Assembly (NCBI GenBank): GCA_038245295.1 | Contig: JBBRSP010000046.1 | Location: 1 to 33,025 of the forward strand | Source of the DNA: Candidatus Binatia bacterium | Lineage (GTDB): Bacteria; Desulfobacterota; Binatia; HRBIN30 | DNA: 33,025 nt | Direction: 5' to 3' | In this document: positions 29,857 to 33,025 of the stretch, in pieces | Layout: every line of letters begins with the position of its first letter | Numbering within the stretch: position 1 is the first letter of the stretch | Made by a program: the position numbers and the translations under genes | Notes under the pieces: model-generated | What the model was told of the DNA's origin: nothing | The model's database searches: none | What the model saw: the letters and a program-made list of their open reading frames with translations, nothing else

Positions 29857-32800
29857 TCATTGGCATTCACCTGTTGGGTCGTCGCCGAGGAAGCGATTGA
29901 TCGCCTGTTGCACCTCGCCGATGGTGATCTTGCCGTTCAGATCGGAGTCGCCGGCCGGACAGCTCCTGATTGGGACACTGATGTTGCACAGGGGCTTGCC
30001 GCCGGGCAGTTGGAGGATCTGTACGAGCTTGAAGATCTCGCCGACGTCGACTCCGCCGTCCGCGTTGCAGTCGCCGGTGCAGGTCGTGAGATGGACCTGC
30101 GTCGCCGAGCCGCCGGCGCCCAGGATGTCAGCACCACCCGGGGTGGAAGCCTGGAAGTTCTGGTTGGTCAGCTGGTAGGTTCCAACCGGTGAACCGACCG
30201 GGATGCTGACATTGCATTCGTAGAGAGTGCTGTCCGGCATCGCCAGGTTGGACGGGAAGCCCAGGACGGCAACACTCTGGGTTGCGCCCGGACCGATCGG
30301 CACGCTGGAGATGCTCTTGTTATTTGCGGGGTTGACGACACAGGTGCCCACCGAGAATGGCGTCGCCGGGAACCCGACCTCGTTGACGGTCGAACTGACG
30401 GGGTTGCCGTTCGCGGTCAGCGTCGTGAACAAGCAGGCCAGGCCGCCGGGTCGACCGACAGGTACCGGGACCGACGCATTGACCTGGTCGATGGCTGGAC
30501 AGGTCGGGCAGACCTCGTTTTGACACGTGGCCGAACAACCGTCGCCACCGATGATGCCGCCGTCGTCGCACTGCTCGCCAGCTTCGATGGTGCCATTGCC
30601 ACAGACCGATGCAGCGAAGTTTAGGGTGGCGTCCTGCGTCAGGACCGTGAAGAGCACGTCCCCGTTGGTCATGAGCACCCGATCCTTGAGGCACGGGTAC
30701 GGTGAGGCCGTCGGGCTCGTGCTGTTGCACGCAGCCACCAGGACGTTGTCGTTGAACACCTGGATCTTGAACGGATTCGCACCCATCAGGATCGAGGCAT
30801 CGACGGTGAGGTTGACGATCAGCGGGTTGCTGGCCGATGCCGTCGGGCTGGTTGCCGAGGACACGTCGCTTTGCGCCGCCAAGGAGCTGTACCCGGCGCT
30901 CACAACGGTTCCATTGTTCTCGGTGATGCTGATCGTTCCGGTGCTGGCTATCGGGCAAGTAACCGAGGTGACCAACGTATGAGCCGGCGTGGCCCCGTTG
31001 CCGTCATCCGTGGTGACGACGCCGCCATCACAGATGCTGCAATCGCCGGTATGTACGCAACCTACGCCGACCTGGCAGATGTCATCCGTACACGTCACCG
31101 CGTCGCTGCAAACGGCGTCGACCGGAGCGTGCTGACAACCTGTCATCGCGTCGCACGAATCGTTGGTGCAACCGATGCTGTCGTTGCAGTTCAGCGCTGC
31201 TCCTGAGGTGCAGATGGCGCTCTGACAGGTCTCGTGCCCGTTGCACACGGTACTGTCATCGCAGGCGCTGCCATCGACCTTCTTGATGTCGGCCGGGCAT
31301 GCATTCGTCGAGCCATCACATGTGTCGGCCAGGTCGCAGTTGTCGGCGGCCGTGCGGCACACATGGGTTGAAGGTTGTTTGGCGTCTGTCGGACAATCCG
31401 CGGCGCTGCCGGTGCAGTTTTCGGCAACGTCACAGACGCCGCTGACGCCGCGGCACTCGGTGGCCGCCGACTGGAAGACATCGATTGGGCATGCAGCGCT
31501 GCCACCCGTGCATACCTCGGCCACGTCACACACACCGGCCGTGGCACGGCACTCGGTGCCGCTGGCGACGAACCCGTCGGTCGGACACGCCTGGTCGGCA
31601 ACGCCCGTGCAGTTCTCGGCCACATCACAGAGGTCAGCCACGGGGCGGCACGTTGTCGATGCCGGTGCGATCACGTCTGGCGGACAGCCGGCGCTGCTAC
31701 CCGTGCAATGCTCGTCCGGATCACACAGATCACCGGAGCCGGGGTTGCAGACCGTTGTGCTCGGGACGAACGCGTCAGCCGGGCAGTTATCGGTGGAGCC
31801 GTCGCAGTGGTCATCCAGGTCACAGATGCCCGCTGATGGCCTACAGACGGCCGAGCTCGGCTTTTTGGCGTCTGGCGGACATGGGTTGGTCACGCCGTCG
31901 CACTTGTCGGCGGCATCACAGTCGCCGACTGAGGCACGACAGGTGAACGTGGTCGGCTGTTTCGAGTCTGCCGGGCAGCTGTTGCCGCCGTCGCAGCTCT
32001 CGGCAACATCGCACGGTGCGTTTTCGTTACGCTGCGAGTTGTCGATGGCCAGGAACGGGAAGTGGCTGTAGACGATCCAACCGTAGCGATTGCCACCTAC
32101 CGTCGTACCAATGATGTCGCTCGGGTCGCTGAGCGTCCAAGTGTGCAGCGGCGTGCCCGACGCATCGCGCAGGATGAAGTCGACCTTCAGCAGGCCGGCG
32201 CCACCATCGTAGTAGTGATGCGAGAACGTGTACCAACCGCTGCTGGTCACCGCGAACGGGTCGTTACCCGGGTTCTTCGGCCAGCCTGGCGAGTTGTTTC
32301 CCGCCGAGATCACGAAGCGCGGACCGCTGCCGGTCACATCGGAGTCGTCGTAGAAGCCGACGCTGTAGATGTAGTCGCGACGGAAGTCGGCCTTGCAGGT
32401 CTCGCCCATCGGGCAGTCGCCATTGGTTGTGCACGACGTGGCGTTGGTAACGCTGCAGTGTGCCGCCGCGTCGCTGATGGCCGAGTCGTAGTCGAAGCGT
32501 GTATCGTTGGCATACGCACCGCCGACGTTCAGGTAGATGTCGGTTGAGGTGGTGAAGCCGTCGGCTGGGAACAAGTGGTTGTAGCCGCCGAAGCGGGTGA
32601 ACGGTCCATCGGGGCCACCCATGGCATCGGTCTCGGCGAACGGCACCTCGGCGTGGAACTCGCCGCTCTTCGAGGTGATTCCGTGGGTACCGGACGCGAC
32701 CCGAGCGATATCGTTCGGGGCGCTGTTGAACCAGCCGGTCAAGTCGACCTCGAAGCCGGCAAAGAACTGGGAGCCGACTGGGCGACAGACGCTGTCGCTC

Positions 32801-33025
32801 TTGGCATCCGACGGACACGCAACGCCCCCACCCGTGCAGTTCTCGGCCGGATCGCAATTGCCGGCTGAGGCACGACATTCGGAGGTCGACGGCTGGTAGC
32901 CATCGGTCGGGCAAGCGGCCGCGCTGCCAGTGCAGTTTTCGGCCACGTCACAGGTGCCGGCTACAGCACGGCACTCGGTGGCCGCTGATTTGAAGACATC
33001 GCCTGGGCAAGCTGCGCTGCTGCCA
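29857..33025 (-). CDS. Large Cys-rich surface protein D (5' end beyond window): disintegrin-like repeats, inserted beta domain, myxobacterial Cys-rich repeat, cohesin-like domain, C-terminal dockerin-like module
   Basis: Frame is open to the window edge (GSSAACPGDVFKSAATECRAVAGTCDVAENC...). Ten complete ~32-aa CR-x5-CD-x-(A/D)(E/D)-x-C(T/D)G-x4-CP-x-D units (31264-33025); CNDSIGCTNDSC-type repeats; CGNGTIEAGEQCDDG..DGCSATCQ (30520-30603); cohesin-like 30088-30483; dockerin-like GDCNADGGVDVGE / GDSDLNGKITIGE (29860-30081). Confidence 0.85.
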   Translation of the reverse strand, partial: GSSAACPGDVFKSAATECRAVAGTCDVAENCTGSAAACPTDGYQPSTSECRASAGNCDPAENCTGGGVACPSDAKSDSVCRPVGSQFFAGFEVDLTGWFNSAPNDIARVASGTHGITSKSGEFHAEVPFAETDAMGGPDGPFTRFGGYNHLFPADGFTTSTDIYLNVGGAYANDTRFDYDSAISDAAAHCSVTNATSCTTNGDCPMGETCKADFRRDYIYSVGFYDDSDVTGSGPRFVISAGNNSPGWPKNPGNDPFAVTSSGWYTFSHHYYDGGAGLLKVDFILRDASGTPLHTWTLSDPSDIIGTTVGGNRYGWIVYSHFPFLAIDNSQRNENAPCDVAESCDGGNSCPADSKQPTTFTCRASVGDCDAADKCDGVTNPCPPDAKKPSSAVCRPSAGICDLDDHCDGSTDNCPADAFVPSTTVCNPGSGDLCDPDEHCTGSSAGCPPDVIAPASTTCRPVADLCDVAENCTGVADQACPTDGFVASGTECRATAGVCDVAEVCTGGSAACPIDVFQSAATECRGVSGVCDVAENCTGSAADCPTDAKQPSTHVCRTAADNCDLADTCDGSTNACPADIKKVDGSACDDSTVCNGHETCQSAICTSGAALNCNDSIGCTNDSCDAMTGCQHAPVDAVCSDAVTCTDDICQVGVGCVHTGDCSICDGGVVTTDDGNGATPAHTLVTSVTCPIASTGTISITENNGTVVSAGYSSLAAQSDVSSATSPTASASNPLIVNLTVDASILMGANPFKIQVFNDNVLVAACNSTSPTASPYPCLKDRVLMTNGDVLFTVLTQDATLNFAASVCGNGTIEAGEQCDDGGIIGGDGCSATCQNEVCPTCPAIDQVNASVPVPVGRPGGLACLFTTLTANGNPVSSTVNEVGFPATPFSVGTCVVNPANNKSISSVPIGPGATQSVAVLGFPSNLAMPDSTLYECNVSIPVGSPVGTYQLTNQNFQASTPGGADILGAGGSATQVHLTTCTGDCNADGGVDVGEIFKLVQILQLPGGKPLCNISVPIRSCPAGDSDLNGKITIGEVQQAINRFLGDDPTGECQ

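Noticed and set aside
24934..33025. A classical cellulosome
   Set aside because: No glycoside hydrolase, CBM3 or multi-cohesin primary scaffoldin is visible; the missing 5' part of gene D cannot be assessed.

Overview
GC-rich bacterial chromosomal window. The gene style suggests a deltaproteobacterial-like lineage, possibly Binatota; this is recall-based inference, not a search result. Bases 1-23 kb are mostly housekeeping: the 5' end of tuf with its tRNA cluster, rlmB, lptFG, rpsI-rplM, two tRNAs, hup, lon-clpX-clpP-tig, a dimethylformamidase-like enzyme, an SDR, a HAD/acyltransferase fusion, alr-purH-purD-tsaC-DUF1015 and thiS-thiG-thiE. The most striking element is at 24.9-33 kb: four co-oriented minus-strand genes for probably secreted proteins (signal peptides are visible in three; the fourth runs off the window). 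All four carry a cohesin-like module and two carry a C-terminal dockerin-like module. They also have long Thr/Pro linkers and disintegrin-like Cys repeats, but no recognisable enzyme domain. This looks like a non-cellulosomal cohesin-dockerin surface scaffold. Other oddities are a degenerate tRNA with anticodon UAU at the position normally held by tRNA-Thr(UGU), nested domain insertions in the large Cys-rich protein, a ~300 bp MITE-like element, and structured or repeated intergenic elements around thiE. All domain calls come from motif reading by eye.
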